Assembly: GCF_018977255.1 (NCBI RefSeq)
Contig: NW_024704743.1
Coordinates: 45,820,001 to 45,884,000, forward strand
Direction: 5' to 3'
DNA: 64,000 nt
Source of the DNA: Callorhinchus milii
Lineage: Eukaryota
Shown: positions 12,338 to 25,573 of the stretch, piece by piece
How the letters are laid out: the number at the start of each line of letters is the position of its first letter
Numbering within the stretch: position 1 is the first letter of the stretch
Notes under the pieces: generated by a model
Seen by the model: the letters and a program-made list of their open reading frames with translations, nothing else
Database searches by the model: none
What the model was told of the DNA's origin: nothing
Translations under genes and position numbers: made by a program

Positions 12338-12866
12338 TCTTCCCTCCACAAGCTGCAGATCATCCGGAATTCTGCAGCTCATGTCCTCTCCCTCACCAGG
12401 CTCCGTGACCCCATCAACCCACCCTCGCCCGGCTCCACTGGCTCCCCATCTCTCAGAGGATAGAATTCAAAATCCTCATCCTCACTTTCAAGGCCCTCCA
12501 TGGTCTTGCCCCCTCCTACATCTCTGACATGCTGACCCCTTATCAACCTGCCCGCTCCCTCCGCTCAGCAGGCTCCAGCCTGCTCCATGTCTCCCGCCTG
12601 ACCCGCCCTACCATCGGCAGCCGGGCTTTCAGCTTCTCTGCCCCCACTCTTCGGAACTCCAACCCGCCATCCCTTCGCCTCTCTCCCTCTCTTGCCTCCT
12701 TCAAGGACATGACACAAGACCCTCCTTTTTGACTGTGCCTTCAGCCACCCTTCTACCCCCTCTGCCCTCCCTCATCCCAACCCTGATACCCCATGCTCAG
12801 GTTCTGATACCTGTCTTCCCAACATGAAAGGCACTTTACAAATGTAATTTTATTGTTGTTGTTGTT
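12338..12866 (+). mobile_element. L2 3' fragment (lineage A)
   Basis: SLHKLQIIRNSAAHVL, RPTIGSRAFSFSAP; (TTG)n tail. Confidence 0.92.
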
Positions 12867-13309
12867 TTTACTAAACTTGCAAATTCTGACATAAAACTCC
12901 TGTGATGCCTCTTAGATTTTAGCTGCCGTGAAGCTGTTTAGCAATTCTAGTTATTTTCTAGTTATTTCTAATTCTAGTTATTTATTGAATTGATAACATA
13001 ATCTCCACCTGGGTCTGGATTTACTCATATTTCAGAGCATTTTAGAGCAATTAGAATTTGGCCAATTTTTCAAATGCAGCTTTAAATTGCAGCCGGTCTT
13101 CAGTAAATTTCAATTATTTTGGATGCTTTACCCACAAAGTATACACTTAATTCACTTTACAGTATATTCTGTGAAGCGCTTTCAGACTTCTCAATGACGT
13201 GATAAGGCGATATATCAAATGCAAGGATTATTATTATAAATATACTGGAAAGGATATTAAATATCCTTGTTAAAAAATCCTGTCAGGAAATATTGCAAAT
13301 GAGATCCCA

Positions 13310-13470
13310 GTGAGAGTTGGCAGACGACTCAGCTATAAGTACTATCATAGCTCAGTCTTATCCTGTCTTCACTCAAATTCCTCACTCTGGTATTGAACTT
13401 GAAATCTTCCTGCTCTGTATGGCTCAGTTCTAGAGTGGAACTGGTGTTTGTCAATTGAATCATTGGGAAC
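13310..13470 (-). mobile_element. AmnSINE2-like SINE relic
   Basis: Aligns in blocks with 40950-41312 (cagtgagagttggcag, atcctgtcttcac, ctctgtatggctcag). Confidence 0.55.
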
Positions 13471-15439
13471 ACACTGATAATGTTTTACAATTTTTTTAAG
13501 GTTGACATTAAGAGGGTTACTTTCCACTTGTCAGTGAATTCAACAATTTGTGCTGTTCTAGCACCGACAAATGAATTGTACAACTCTACTAAAAGTAAGT
13601 GTCTCAGAAACTAAAGGTCTCTCACACACTGAAAATCTTTCATGTTTGTGTTTTACACACATAAATATATTCACTTTTGGCAGTGAGTGCTCGAAATCCA
13701 GTTATAAAACACATCAAATGTCCCATGAATTTAACAGTGGAGAAATAATTTCCTAAATCGGATTTCTATTAACACACATCAATGACAGTAATATAGATGT
13801 AAAATTCCATTGAATTATGCAAATTGAGTTAATACCAAATAACAGTGCAAACATTTTTGGTGTCACTTATAACAGGATCATTGGAGAATTTACAGACAAA
13901 GAGAATATTCCCTTACTGTTCAGTAGTCAACTTTAGTATAAAGTTGCAGTGTGAAATTGAGGCAAATTGTAAACTTAGAACATGAATATTAGTTGATGTT
14001 TGAAAGAATGTAATTTTTCCTAAGTACCTGTAATACCGTATATAACTACATGCAAACATGTACAGAGATTAGCATAACATTTGTGCAAAGCACTTTCAAT
14101 TTCTCCGGTAATCCCTTTTCAATGGCCTTTCAGCATCCTTGAAATGTGTTAAACAAAACCTGCCCTGAATGCAGCTCTTTCATGATTCAAGCAGGTTGTT
14201 GACATTTGTAAACTCTCTCGATGACTAATGCAGCATTGGCCTATTCTCTTTCATACGTGGGCACTTGCCAAACAACTCCACATCAATCAGTTTAAACAAA
14301 TAATGCAAGGGGCGGCTGTGTTGTTAGGCTCACATGTGTCACTGAAGATTTAATGGCAATTTGATTTTCAGCAGTTTTGAAAATATGAAACCAATTTTTT
14401 ATCAGACCACAATTTTTTTTAAACTGAGAGCGAAGAGCTTTTAATTAACACCGGCAAACCTGCGATTCTCAGCATGCTTTAAATCATTAAATTACAAAGT
14501 GATTAACAAGGATATTAAAATGTTTTCACCTGCGCCACTTCAGCTATTTCAATAAGTATAAAGGCAGGCTATTAGATGAAGGGAGTGCTCAATTAAAACA
14601 GACAAAGGCCACTCCACTGAATGTGTCAGGGAGGCTGCAGCCAGCATCTGCCCAAACAGCTTGCTTTGAGGTGGAAATAAAGAGGGTGACATGTTCTAGC
14701 CTTGAGCTATGAGAGCTATCTGAAATTGTGATTCGAGTTCATCTGCACTGACTGATCTCCAAATGAATAGGTGACACAATTGAAATCCACAACCATCTCG
14801 CCATATGACAGTTTTGTAAAACTGGAGTGCACTGAACGGTCATTGTGGAGAAGCTCAGCTCACTGAAGCACCAGGTCCCAGCACCAGGAATGGGCAGCTC
14901 GGCAATAAGGCACAGCACATTTAAAGTTGGATTGAAAACAACCAAATGGGGGGGTGGAATCATCACTTTGAGTGTTTGTATTTTGGTAACAATTTCATCC
15001 AACTGTATTCTGATACACAGTTAGCTTTGGGGAAGAGGATGGCATCAATTCAGACACAATGGCTTCAATTAAAATACTGCATCTATTTGTAAGCTTGACA
15101 TAAAAATATCCATCCAGTAAAAGTTTTTTAGGGGGTAGGAAGACTTTTCAGGTTACTTGCAGAACCCGAAAGAAAAAGATTAGTTCAGAGACTTTCTTCA
15201 TGGACCCATTATTGTGTGGCCCTGTGTTCATTACTGCTATAATTTGTCACATCTTGTTTACATGGTACTTTATTTTCTCCAATATACACTGATTTTGGAT
15301 AATTAAATACTGTTTAATGGTATAGGTTAGCACACTATCCTTTCACCCATAGCAGTATTAAATATGCTTCTTTCTACCAGCATTACGATCTTTGATGAAA
15401 TGACTTTGGGCAGTCTCAATTCACTTATGTATAGTACAA

Positions 15440-15748
15440 AGTCCTGTAGCTCAATGGTTAGAGCACTCGCTTTGCAAGCGAGAGACCTGAGTTCAATTCC
15501 AGGCAGGGCGAAACCTTGGGCAAGTTTCCTTACTCCACACGCCTAATAATAATCCCTCCAAAACCAAAAAAAAAATTGGTCATTTTCAATCTAGAACTGT
15601 TTGTGGGACATTGCTGTGCGCAATTGGCTGCTGCGTTCGCCCACAAAAAATATACAGTCAATTCACTTAACAGTGTGTTCTGTGAAGCGCTTTGGGACGT
15701 CCTCCCGACGTGAAAAGCGCTATATCAAATGCAAGGATTATTATTATT
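15440..15748 (+). mobile_element. Young tRNA-derived SINE, short form, with L2-A-type 3' loop
   Basis: A and B boxes, ccttgggcaagtttccttac block, tail gggacgtcctcccgacgtgaaaagcgct..(ATT)n. Confidence 0.94.
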
Positions 15749-17002
15749 AAAGCGGTGAACTAAAATTCAACACTGAAATACCACTTTGGATGTTTGGAAA
15801 TTGAATTTGTTATACTGCCTCTCTACTGATTGGATGTGAAAATATAATTTACAATCATGGAATCAAGGATTTGCCATTTTCTTATTGCACCTCCACTGGG
15901 CTAACTACACTAATCTCATATGTCTTCTCTTTCCCCTTACCTTTTTATATTGTTTCCCATAGGTATTTGTCCAGTTCCCTTTAAAATATTGTCAGGGCCT
16001 AAGCCTTATTTTTTGAATTAACCTTCTTCTCTGTAGAACAAGTATCATAGAGATTATAACATTGGACAAGAACAATTTAACCCACTGTGTCTGAACTGAT
16101 GCCAGCCTCTCCACCAAAACTAATTACTTTCAATCCAATCTCATGCTCTTTCACTGTATCCTTTTATATTCTGCTCTTTAAATGTTTTTCTAATTCCCTT
16201 TTAAGTGATGTTATGTTTCGACTGGATATTCTTACCAAATTTAATTTTGAGCTCCAGTATTCACATGGTTTCTGCCTTTTATGATATTGAGTCCAAGCCT
16301 CCAGTGGGCTGGTGTTCAACCTGCATATTGCTGCACGCCATCAGTTCCCATTGGGCCATTAAGTGGATTGTCCTGTAGCACAAAGGTTTTGGAGGCAATA
16401 GTCTTTAAAAATATTTATACTAACAAACTACAATTTAAACATTTAAAATGTGGTTCCTGTGTTAATGCAACCTAGAAACTCCCTGTAGTCCCTTCTTTAC
16501 CATGACCTTCATGGCACAATAGAACAAATACAACTTGCACTTCTGTATATAGCCTTTCACATAGGTTGAATATCCCAAAGAACTACCCACTAAGTAAGTT
16601 TATAGTAGTTGGTTGACTGATAATTAGGATGAGCAGGTCAGAAAAATGCATTAGAGATAGTTATGGATAGAGAGAAAGGGCCATCAAATCATAGCGGTTT
16701 TAAAAGAATTGTATGCAGGTCACTCCAAGAGGAGAAAGCAAATCAATAGAAAGGAGAAAGGAAACAACATTAAGAATAACAACTAGCATTTATATAGAGC
16801 CATTCATTCAGGATAGTGGCTCAGAACGCTGCACAGGAAAGTTCGCAAAAGTCTACCCAAAGCCCAACAACAACAAAATTACATTTGTATAGCGCCTTTC
16901 ACATCAGGAGGATGTCCCAAGGAATGCTGGTTCATGTCAACATGATCTCTTTTTTTCTTTGCTTAGTTGCGCCCCAAGAATCGTGAGCAAATAAATTGTA
17001 TC

Positions 17003-17430
17003 AACAACAACAACAACTTGCATTTATATGCAAGGACTATTTGGGGAGGACTAGTTTGAAAGGCTATGGGGAGAGAACGGGGGAGTGGGATTAATTTGGA
17101 TAGCTCTTTCAAAGAGCCGGCACGGGCACGATGGACCAAATGTGCTGTATAATTCTATGATTCTATGTACAGCCCCTCATACAGGATAGCGTTCGAGAGC
17201 ACTTGACAGTGGAAGGAGGGGGTTAGGCGGAGGGATAGAGGAAGAATGTTCCAAAGTTTCGGGGCATAGTAGCTGAAAGTGCGGCCACTGATAGTGGCTC
17301 GAGGGACATGCAGGAGGCCGAAGCTAGTTGAATGGATGCAGCAGGTAGTGAGTTGGGGAGTAAGCAGGTCGGAGAGATAGGGAGGTGCCAGGGCATGAAA
17401 GCATTTGAAAACAAGTGTGAGGAGGCAACA
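17003..17430 (-). mobile_element. L2 3' fragment (lineage B) interrupted by a CR1 3' end
   Basis: (CAA)n cttgcatttatat, then CR1 insert, then L2 resumes at ~17168. Confidence 0.8.
17031..17167 (+). mobile_element. CR1 3' end nested in the L2 tail
   Basis: aggctatggggagag..gagtgggatt..gatagctctttcaaagagccggcacgggcacgatggaccaaatg, ttctatgattctatg tail. Confidence 0.85.
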
Positions 17431-18060
17431 TTTAATAGCACATTGTCCTCCAGCACACGTACAGCTGTAACAGAAATCCCAGCTACCAATGTATTCTTAC
17501 ACAAGGAACATGCACTGAAACTTCACTAAATGCATGTATGTAAACCTCTTTACATCACAGTGTTACCTCTGACAACAACACTAACTTTCACGTGACAATG
17601 CTGTACTGTAATTGACAGAGAATGGGTGTACCACCTCGGGAAAAGCTTGTGGCAGTGTGGCAGGAAGCAAATCCAAGTGCTTGCTGCGGGTTGCCACTTA
17701 TTGCCCTACCTGCTGCCTGGTTGGCCTCAGCGGGTGGACTCATACACATCCAGTTGCATCACCCATGTTGCGCATCCGGTGCTGCTCATGGTGTAAATAG
17801 GGATTATTCCACGCTGCTGGAAGTTCCAAGGTACTATAAAGACATTTCCCATTGAATCAAGATGTAAACATTTCTGAATAAAAAGGAAATATGAACTTCC
17901 AGGATTTTGCTGAATGCACTCACACAATTAGAGTCCACTCTTAGCCATCCCCTTCCCATCATCCTTGCAACATTAAATACTCCCCAATCCCTTTCCTTTG
18001 TGCTTCCTTTCTATGCCTTCAACACACTCCTAAAAATGAATCCCTTTGATCCTGTCTTTA

Positions 18061-19750
18061 CAACAACAAAATTGCATATGCATAGCGTCTTTCACTTCGG
18101 GAGGACATCCCAAGGCGCTGGACAGACAGTTATAGACCCGAGCTGAGGGTGGGGGAGGTTGGAGGGTGGAGGGCATGGGGGGAAGCAGGGAGATCGAAAG
18201 CACAGTCGAAGAGAAGGGTCTTGAGGTGGGTCTTGAAGGTGGCAAGAAAAGGGGCGAAATAGAGGGACTGCAGGATGGAGTTCCAGAGGGTGGGTACAAA
18301 GTGGTGGAAGATCTGCCCGTCGATAGTGGGGCGAGAAAGGCAGGGGTCGTGAAGCAGGCCGGAGCCCGCTAAGTGGAGGGAGCAGACAGTGTGGTAGGGG
18401 TTTAAGGAGGTCAGAGAGGTAGGGCAGCCAACCAGTGGAGGGCTTTGAAGGTGAGGACCTGGATCTTGAACTGTATCCTCTGTGTGATCGGAAGCCAGTG
18501 GAGTTGGGCAAGGATGGGGGTGATGGGGTCACGGAGCCTAGTGCGGAGAGGACATGGGCTGCAGAGTTCTGGATGATCTGCAGGCTGTGGAGGGAGTAGT
18601 TGGGGAGGCCGACAAGTAGTGAGTTTGCATAGTCGAGCCTCGATATAATGAAGGCATGTATGAGGATTTCGGTGGCCTGCGGTGTGAGACAGTGTCGGAG
18701 CCGGGCGATATTGCGGAGGTGGGGGAAGGCAGAGCGGGTCATGGTGCAGATGTGGGGTAGAAAGGATACTTGAAGGTCAAACAAGACCCTAAGGTTCCGG
18801 ACTGGCTTAGTAAGGTGGAGTGTGCAACCATGGATGGTGATGCTGTCAGCGCCTGAGGTGCGGAGGTGCTGACAGGAGCCAATCAGGAGAGCCTCGGTCT
18901 TGTTGACGTTCAACTGAAGAAAGTTATTTCTCATCCAGGACTTGATGTCTGACAGACATTCTGTCAGGACAGCAGTGGTCCTGGAGTCAAGGGTGGAGGC
19001 AGAGGGGTAAAGTTGGATGTCATCCGCATACATTTGGAAGTTGACTCCATGTCTGCGGATGATGTCACCAAGAGGGGGCATATAGATATTAAAGAGGAGG
19101 GGACCAAGGACAGAGCCCTGAGGAACGCCACACAAGACGGTCTGGGGACTAGAGGAGAAGTCGTTTGAGGAGATGAAGTGCAGGCGGTGTGAGAGGTACA
19201 ATCTGAACCAATCAAGAACAGCGCTGTGAAGGTTGAGGTGAAAGAGGCAGTGGATGAGGATAGCGTGGACGATGGTGTCGAAAGCAGTAGAGAGATCAAG
19301 GAGGATGAGGAGGCAGAGGGAACCCTGGTCGCAGATGGACAAAATGTCATTTGTCACTTTGACCAGAGCTGTTTCTGTGCTGTAGGTGGCACGGAAACCC
19401 GATTGGAGGGGTTCGAGAAAGGAGTGGTGGGAGAGGAAAGAGCGAAGCTGAGGAGCAACAACTCGTTCCAGGACCTTGGAGAGGAAGGGAAGGTTGGAGA
19501 TGAGGCAGTAGTTAGGGAGTAGAGAAGAGTCCAGGGAAGGNTTTTTTAAGGATAAGAGTGATGACAGGGTGTTTTTTAAGGGGTGGGAACAGTACCAGAG
19601 TACAGGGAGAGGTTAACAATGTCAGTGAGTAGAGGGCCAAGGAGATGGTGCTGGGAGGTAAGGAGGGGTGTGTAGGCATGGGGTTGAGGGAGCAGGTGGT
19701 GGGTTTCATATGGGTTATGGTGTGATGAGAGAGGAGCGGGAGACAGGTTC
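18061..19750 (-). mobile_element. 5'-truncated L2 LINE (lineage A), moderately degenerate
   Basis: RT motifs on the minus strand; (CAA)n tail at 18061. Confidence 0.95.
18092..19357 (-). pseudogene. L2 ORF2 reverse transcriptase remnant
   Basis: [42 protein letters not shown]; frameshifted after this point. Confidence 0.92.
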
Positions 19751-19930
19751 AAAAGTGTGGAGGGAGGGATGGGTTGGATTCCTTGCCCACTGCCCATGTG
19801 ACAATAAGAATAACTTGCATTTACATAAAACATTTCATGTGAAAGCCAAACCTCTTGAACCTCTTGAAATTCACAGATTTAAAATAAAGTGAATATTAGA
19901 ACATAATATTCTAATATTATGTTCTAATAT

Positions 19931-20557
19931 CCTAAGAATTAGAAGCAGGAGTAGGCCATTCGGCCCCTCGAGCCTGCCCCGCCATTCGATAAGATCATGG
20001 CTGATCTTCTGACCTAACTCTGATTACCTGCCCTATCCCCATATCCCCTAATCCCTCTATTATTTTTAAAAATCTATCAGTTTCAGCCTTGAAGATGTTC
20101 AAGGACTGAGCATCTACAGCCTTCTGGGGTAGTGAATTCCATAAATTCACTACTCTATGAGTGAAGAAATATTTCCTCAACTCTGTTCTAAAAGGCTAAC
20201 CCTTAATTTTAAGACTGTGACCCCTGGTTATAGATTCTCCTACCAGGGGAAACAGACCCTCAGTGTCTACTTTATCCAGCCCTTTAAGAATCTTATAAGT
20301 TTCAATAAGATCCCCCCTAATTCTTCTGTACTCTGGAGAATACAGCCCTAGTTTATTCAGCCTATCCTCATAGGTCAGTCCCCTCATCCCAGGAACTAAT
20401 TGAGTGAATCTACGCTGCACCCCCTCTAAGGCAAGTATGTCCTTTTTTTAAATAAGAAGACCAAAACTGCACACAATACTCTAGGTGCGGTCTCACCAAG
20501 GCCCTATACAGTTGCAGCAAGACTTCCCTACTCTTGTACTATGAACCTTTTGCAATA
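19931..20557 (-). mobile_element. Young CR1 LINE 3' fragment
   Basis: [52 protein letters not shown]; 3' hairpin region ctcgaggggccgaatggcctactcctgc. Confidence 0.95.
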
Positions 20558-21007
20558 TTGATATATAGGCAAAGCAACAGCTTATCTGTGCCAGAAATGT
20601 TTCATAAACAACCAGATGAGCAACTAAATAATTTGAAAGTTTGGAGGTACATTTGGATTAGGAGGGAAATACAAGCCAGGAGAGCTGGCAGAAAGACTTC
20701 ACCTTCATATACCAATGACTGGGCAGTTCCTATATGTCCACTTTAATCACAAGACCAAAGGAACCTAAAATGAATAACACAAACATAGATTGACAATCGT
20801 AATGTGAAATAAATAATAAAATTGCATATAATAGTGTTGTTATGTAAACACAAATGGCAACTACTATGCTCCAGCAACAATCCATAAGCGTGCTGAAGAT
20901 TTCCTCAATGTAAAAATGAGGTAGAAATACGAGTAAAAACAGGAAAAAATAAAAGGGAAGTCAGAGAGGTGAGGAGCTTGGCCAGCCCCCCAGCAGAAGA
21001 CAAAGAG

Positions 21008-21680
21008 CTAAAATTTACAGCATAGAAGAAGATCATTCGGTCCATTGTGTTTGTGGTGGCTCTTTGAAAGAGCAATCCTTTCAGTCCCACTTACCTGCTT
21101 TTTCCCCAATATACCAGCACATTACTCCTGCTGTGGACGATGGGCTGTCGCGTTTCGCCCACAAAATACAGTCACTACACTTAACAGTATATTCTGTGAA
21201 GCGCTTTGAGACATCTCGAAGATGTGTGAAGGCACTATATCAAATGCAAGGATTATTATTATTTTAGATACCTAATTCCCTCTTCAATGCTAATAGTGGT
21301 CCTCCATCCCTCCCAGCCGGGCATTCCACAAGCAAACAACACTCTGAGTAAAACAAATTCCTCCTAATAGCCCTCTTTGCTCCCTTAGTGATTGTCAAAT
21401 TGTTAACCATTTAATCACTGTGGAAATAATATCTCTCCACTGAATCTGGCAATACCTCTCCACTGAATCTGGCCATACTCATAATTTAGGCCTCCCTCAA
21501 CTTTCCTCCATTCTTACTCACCCTTGATATCATCCTAGTAAATCTTCTCTACACCCTCTCTATAAATGTTCCAGAAACTCATTAAATTTCTTCACAGTTC
21601 TGTTCACCTGCCTTCCCAACTTTAAAGATTTCTGTATGCTAACCTTTCTAAGTCTTGCTTCTTTGCTGCTCCTTTTAAAT
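21008..21680 (-). mobile_element. Old CR1 fragment interrupted by a plus-strand SINE 3' half (21143-21262)
   Basis: CR1 3' UTR (catagaagaagatcattcggtccatt, ggctctttgaaagagcaatcc) and degenerate ORF2 pieces. Confidence 0.65.
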
Positions 21681-22379
21681 GTGTGGGGTTTGGGAGGGAT
21701 GGTGTTAAGGAGAATTTTTTTAAATCATTGGTAGTTTATCAATCTTGGCAGAGTGATATAATACTGGGGTTAGGGACATCTCCCTGATGTGAATGGCACT
21801 GTATGTGTACATTGTATTGGGTCATTCTATTATAAACTCATGATCCAAGGACGGTAAATTTACTGATAGTTGGAGAATCACTCCCTGGAGATGCAGAAGA
21901 TTTCTGCTTCTCCTCATAGACTAAAATTTACTATAACAATATACAGTAAAACTCTCTGATAACTCAACACCCCAAGAGAAATAGCTCAAAAGACTATTTA
22001 TAATAATAATTATTAATAATAGTAATAATTATTGTTATTATAATTGTGTTAATATTGTGTTTCCCTTCCAGAAGCATAACCCATAAGGATCATAATAATA
22101 ATAATCCTTCCATTTGATATATCCTTCCATTTAACACGTCTTCGAGTCGTCTCAAAGCACTTAACAGAATATACGGTAAAGTGAATTGACTGTATATTTT
22201 GAGGGCAAAACTTTTAATGCAGAAGTCCTATGTTTTAAATTGTGTAACTGTATTACTTAATTTCACTATATATTACTTGCAAAGCAAACTTTAAATAAGC
22301 AATGTAAAAATTCATAACAAATTTTAAAACAATAATACAGCCAGCGACGAGGTATCTGTCTCTATGTCTGTCTCTGTAG

Positions 22380-22412
22380 CTGTGTGTGTGTGTCTGTTTG
22401 TGTGTGTGTGTT
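22380..22412. repeat. (TG)n microsatellite, imperfect
   Basis: Direct inspection. Confidence 0.9.
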
Positions 22413-22639
22413 TGTATCTGGATGTCTCTGTGTCTCTCTCCTGTCACCAGTATGGAAGTGATTAACAGGTTCTGCTGTTAACTGGCATCTTGTATCTCTG
22501 TTTTTCTGACCAGGTCAGATCAAGCCTGGGCTCCGGACAAACTGTGTTCACAAGCCAATTCACAGGAAATCATCCCCCAGGCCAGATGCAGTCCACAGGC
22601 CGCCAATTGGACCACCCTGGCCGAGACTGTGAGCTCAAA

Positions 22640-23105
22640 GTAATAAAAATAATCCCTGCATTTTATGTGCCACTTTACCATTTCATAAAGTGCTTCACGA
22701 AATTAATCTAAAGTAAAGTGACTGAGTATTTGTAGGCAATTACAGCACATAATTTGTGCACAGCAATGTCCCACAAGCAACCATGAAGTGAGTGACCAAC
22801 AATAACAACTTGCATTTACATAGTACATTTCATGGAGGAAAGCATCTCGGAGCGCTGGCCAACCTTATGACCAACTTTTTCCAAGGGATTGTTGGTCAGG
22901 ACATCGGATAAAAAATTCCCTTCACTTTTCAAGTAGTGCCATGAGATCTTTAACGTCCACCTGAACAGGCAGATGGGGCCTTGTTATAATGTTTCCTGCA
23001 TCTTTGACAATGCATTGCTCTGCCAGCATTATATAGGAGTGTCAGCCTGTAAGTTCAACCACAACCTCCTTACTCAGAGGTGAAAGTGCTACCAACTGAG
23101 CCGAT
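22640..23105 (-). mobile_element. Deu-domain SINE with a nested L2 tail (22798-22860)
   Basis: Reverse Deu core (tagtgccatgagatctttaacgtccacctgaacaggcaga) and head gtgctaccaactgagcc. Confidence 0.82.
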
Positions 23106-25257
23106 ACCTGAGTGCGGAGAAAAGTGCTGACGTAGGGAAAGGAGCAGGATCCAGAATGACAAGTGCCAGTAACGATTAACAACTTTTAAACGCTGGTCTG
23201 CTTTCAGCCACAGAATGATTCACTTTTGAAACATGCTGCTGATGAAGAAATGCTATTGAGCAGTTTTGTTTTCTCATTTCTTCTAGATTATTCAGCAGTG
23301 AGGGTGAGATTTGCCAGATATAAAACAAGTTCATTGCGAAAAGCATTACTTTACTCTTCTGAGGACAATGATATATTTTGAATTTGATGAAGTGCCTACA
23401 TAGTAGAGAATGATGTGGGATTTGGGAAATAAATGTAAATACTCCACAAAAGCATAGAATCATAGCATTGTAGAATGCCACTGCACAGGTCATTTCGTAT
23501 ATCAAGTCCGTGCAGATATTTTTCGCCATATGAACCATCTTGTTTAATCCAGTACTCCACAGCCTTCACACCGTTCGATCCTTCTCTTTCTCAAGCATGT
23601 GTCTAATTCCTTTTAAAAATAATCTATGGACTCTGCAAAAAATGCCACATTCGAACCATTCTCTTGTGGATTAAACACATTTTGTAACCTTCCCTTTAAT
23701 TCCCTTTGTGATTATTTCCAATTTGTGCCCACTTGTCAACCAGTGGCAATAATCTGTTACTACCTATGCTATAATAACTATTCACAAATCTGTAGATCTT
23801 TGTTAGGGTCATTCTTTAAACAACTCAGCTCAAGTGAAGTCCTATCTTCTCAAGCCAGCTAAAGTATCCCATATATCCTCTCGGGATGTTTTTTTCAATA
23901 TCACAAGCACTCATCACAACATAATATTCTATGGTATTTGCTACTCACAATGTGTTTAGCTATCAAAATTAGTGCCAAAAAACCCACCATTTTTAGCTTT
24001 CACAGTAATGAATCCTCGACTAATTTGTGAAAGTTTAACTTTTAATTTACACGTTGTATAATCCAATCAAATAGTTGTGATCCTATTGATTGATGATGAC
24101 CCAGAATTTAATGGATTTAACATGTATTGTGAACATTCTGACTGTGTTTGGTTCCTGTTCTAGGTTAAATCTGCTGTTGCCAGTGAACCATGAACACAGA
24201 TTTTTCTGGCACTTTGTTCAGGGTCTCCATAAATAATATGGACACATTTAATGCAGCATTTTCCATAGGAAAACACAGCAAGAGAATAAAACAAAGACGA
24301 TGCCTTTTGTAAACAGTATTCTCTGCAATATGGAAGATGTCTAACCTTGGCACATTGTGTCTTTGAAATGGTGCAAAATGCTGTCACGGTCTTCCAAGGT
24401 TAAATCTTGCCGAGAGCAGATGCTAATTAACAGGAACTACAGGTTTTCCAAACTGGTTAAATTCAAACATTTCACCACCGATGAGACAGATTTGACATTC
24501 TCATTCCCAACATTGAAATGTCAAAGTGCAAAGCCAACTGACGCACAAGTTAACAACACACAGAAGGAGGTCAGAAAAGATTTCTTCCTCAATCGATTTT
24601 TGCATAGACTCCACAAAATGCTAAGTTGTTGCTCCCTGCTCTATTCAGTTTGAGAACTAAAAACAAGATTTGCTGACATTGAATCTGGGCTCGTTCTCCT
24701 GCTGCCTGATCAGCTTTAATTGCAACGAGCTCATCTCCGCCCCTGAAGCCCAGGGCCAAAATGGGGCCTGTTGCATTATAGAAGCAGAAGATAAGGGTTC
24801 ATAACTCATCTCTCAATAACACTTGACCGAATGTGATAATAGATCCAATGCCATCTTCTTTTCTCACTTCAGTAAATGGAGGGTGATCAGGCAAGGGTGA
24901 GAGTCCTTTTATTTTTCTTCTTAGAGTGACAGGGCTGGTAACTTGGTGAGGGTCATAGAAGAGGCAAGGAGCAGAAGTTCAGGAGCACGCTGATTGAGGG
25001 ATCACACTGTTCTCTCTGTGCAGCATCTTTGGCAAGAAGATTATGTGATGATGTATTTAGGAAATCACTGCGACAAGACAGAATGTGAATGCAAAGCAGT
25101 TTTATACTGCACAGATTTTTTGACAAAATGGCTATAACACTAAAATGTTTCAGGATTAAATTTAGCAAAAGCATAACGAATCAATGATAATAATAATCCT
25201 TACATCTGTTATAGCACCTTACTGTGTCATTCAAACGTTTCAAAGTGCTTCACAGGA

Positions 25258-25573
25258 TAATAATAATAATAATAATAATAATCCTTGCATTTGATATAGC
25301 GCTTTTCACGTCGGGAGAACGCTTCACAGAATATACTGTAAAGTGAATTGACTGTATATTTGTGGGCGAATGCGGCAGCCAATTGCGCACAGCAATGTCC
25401 CACAAACAGTCGTAGATTGAAAATGACCAATTTATTATTGTTTTGGGTTTTGGAGGGATTATTATTAGGCGTGTGGAGTAAGGAAACTTGCCCAAGGTTT
25501 CGCCCTGCCTGGAATTGAACTCAGGTCTCTCACTTGCAAAGCAAGTGCTCTAACCACTGATCTACAGGACTCC
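25258..25573 (-). mobile_element. Young short-form SINE nested in an older SINE tail (25187-25620)
   Basis: Near-identical to 40217-40533 apart from a small deletion in the 3' stem-loop. Confidence 0.94.

Noticed and set aside
22585..22620. hAT/Charlie-like terminal sequence ggccagatgcagtccacaggccgccaattggaccaccctg
   Set aside because: No matching opposite end or 8-bp TSD found; too short to call
23176..23538. 120-aa minus-strand ORF
   Set aside because: No recognisable domain or codon bias; consistent with chance in AT-rich DNA
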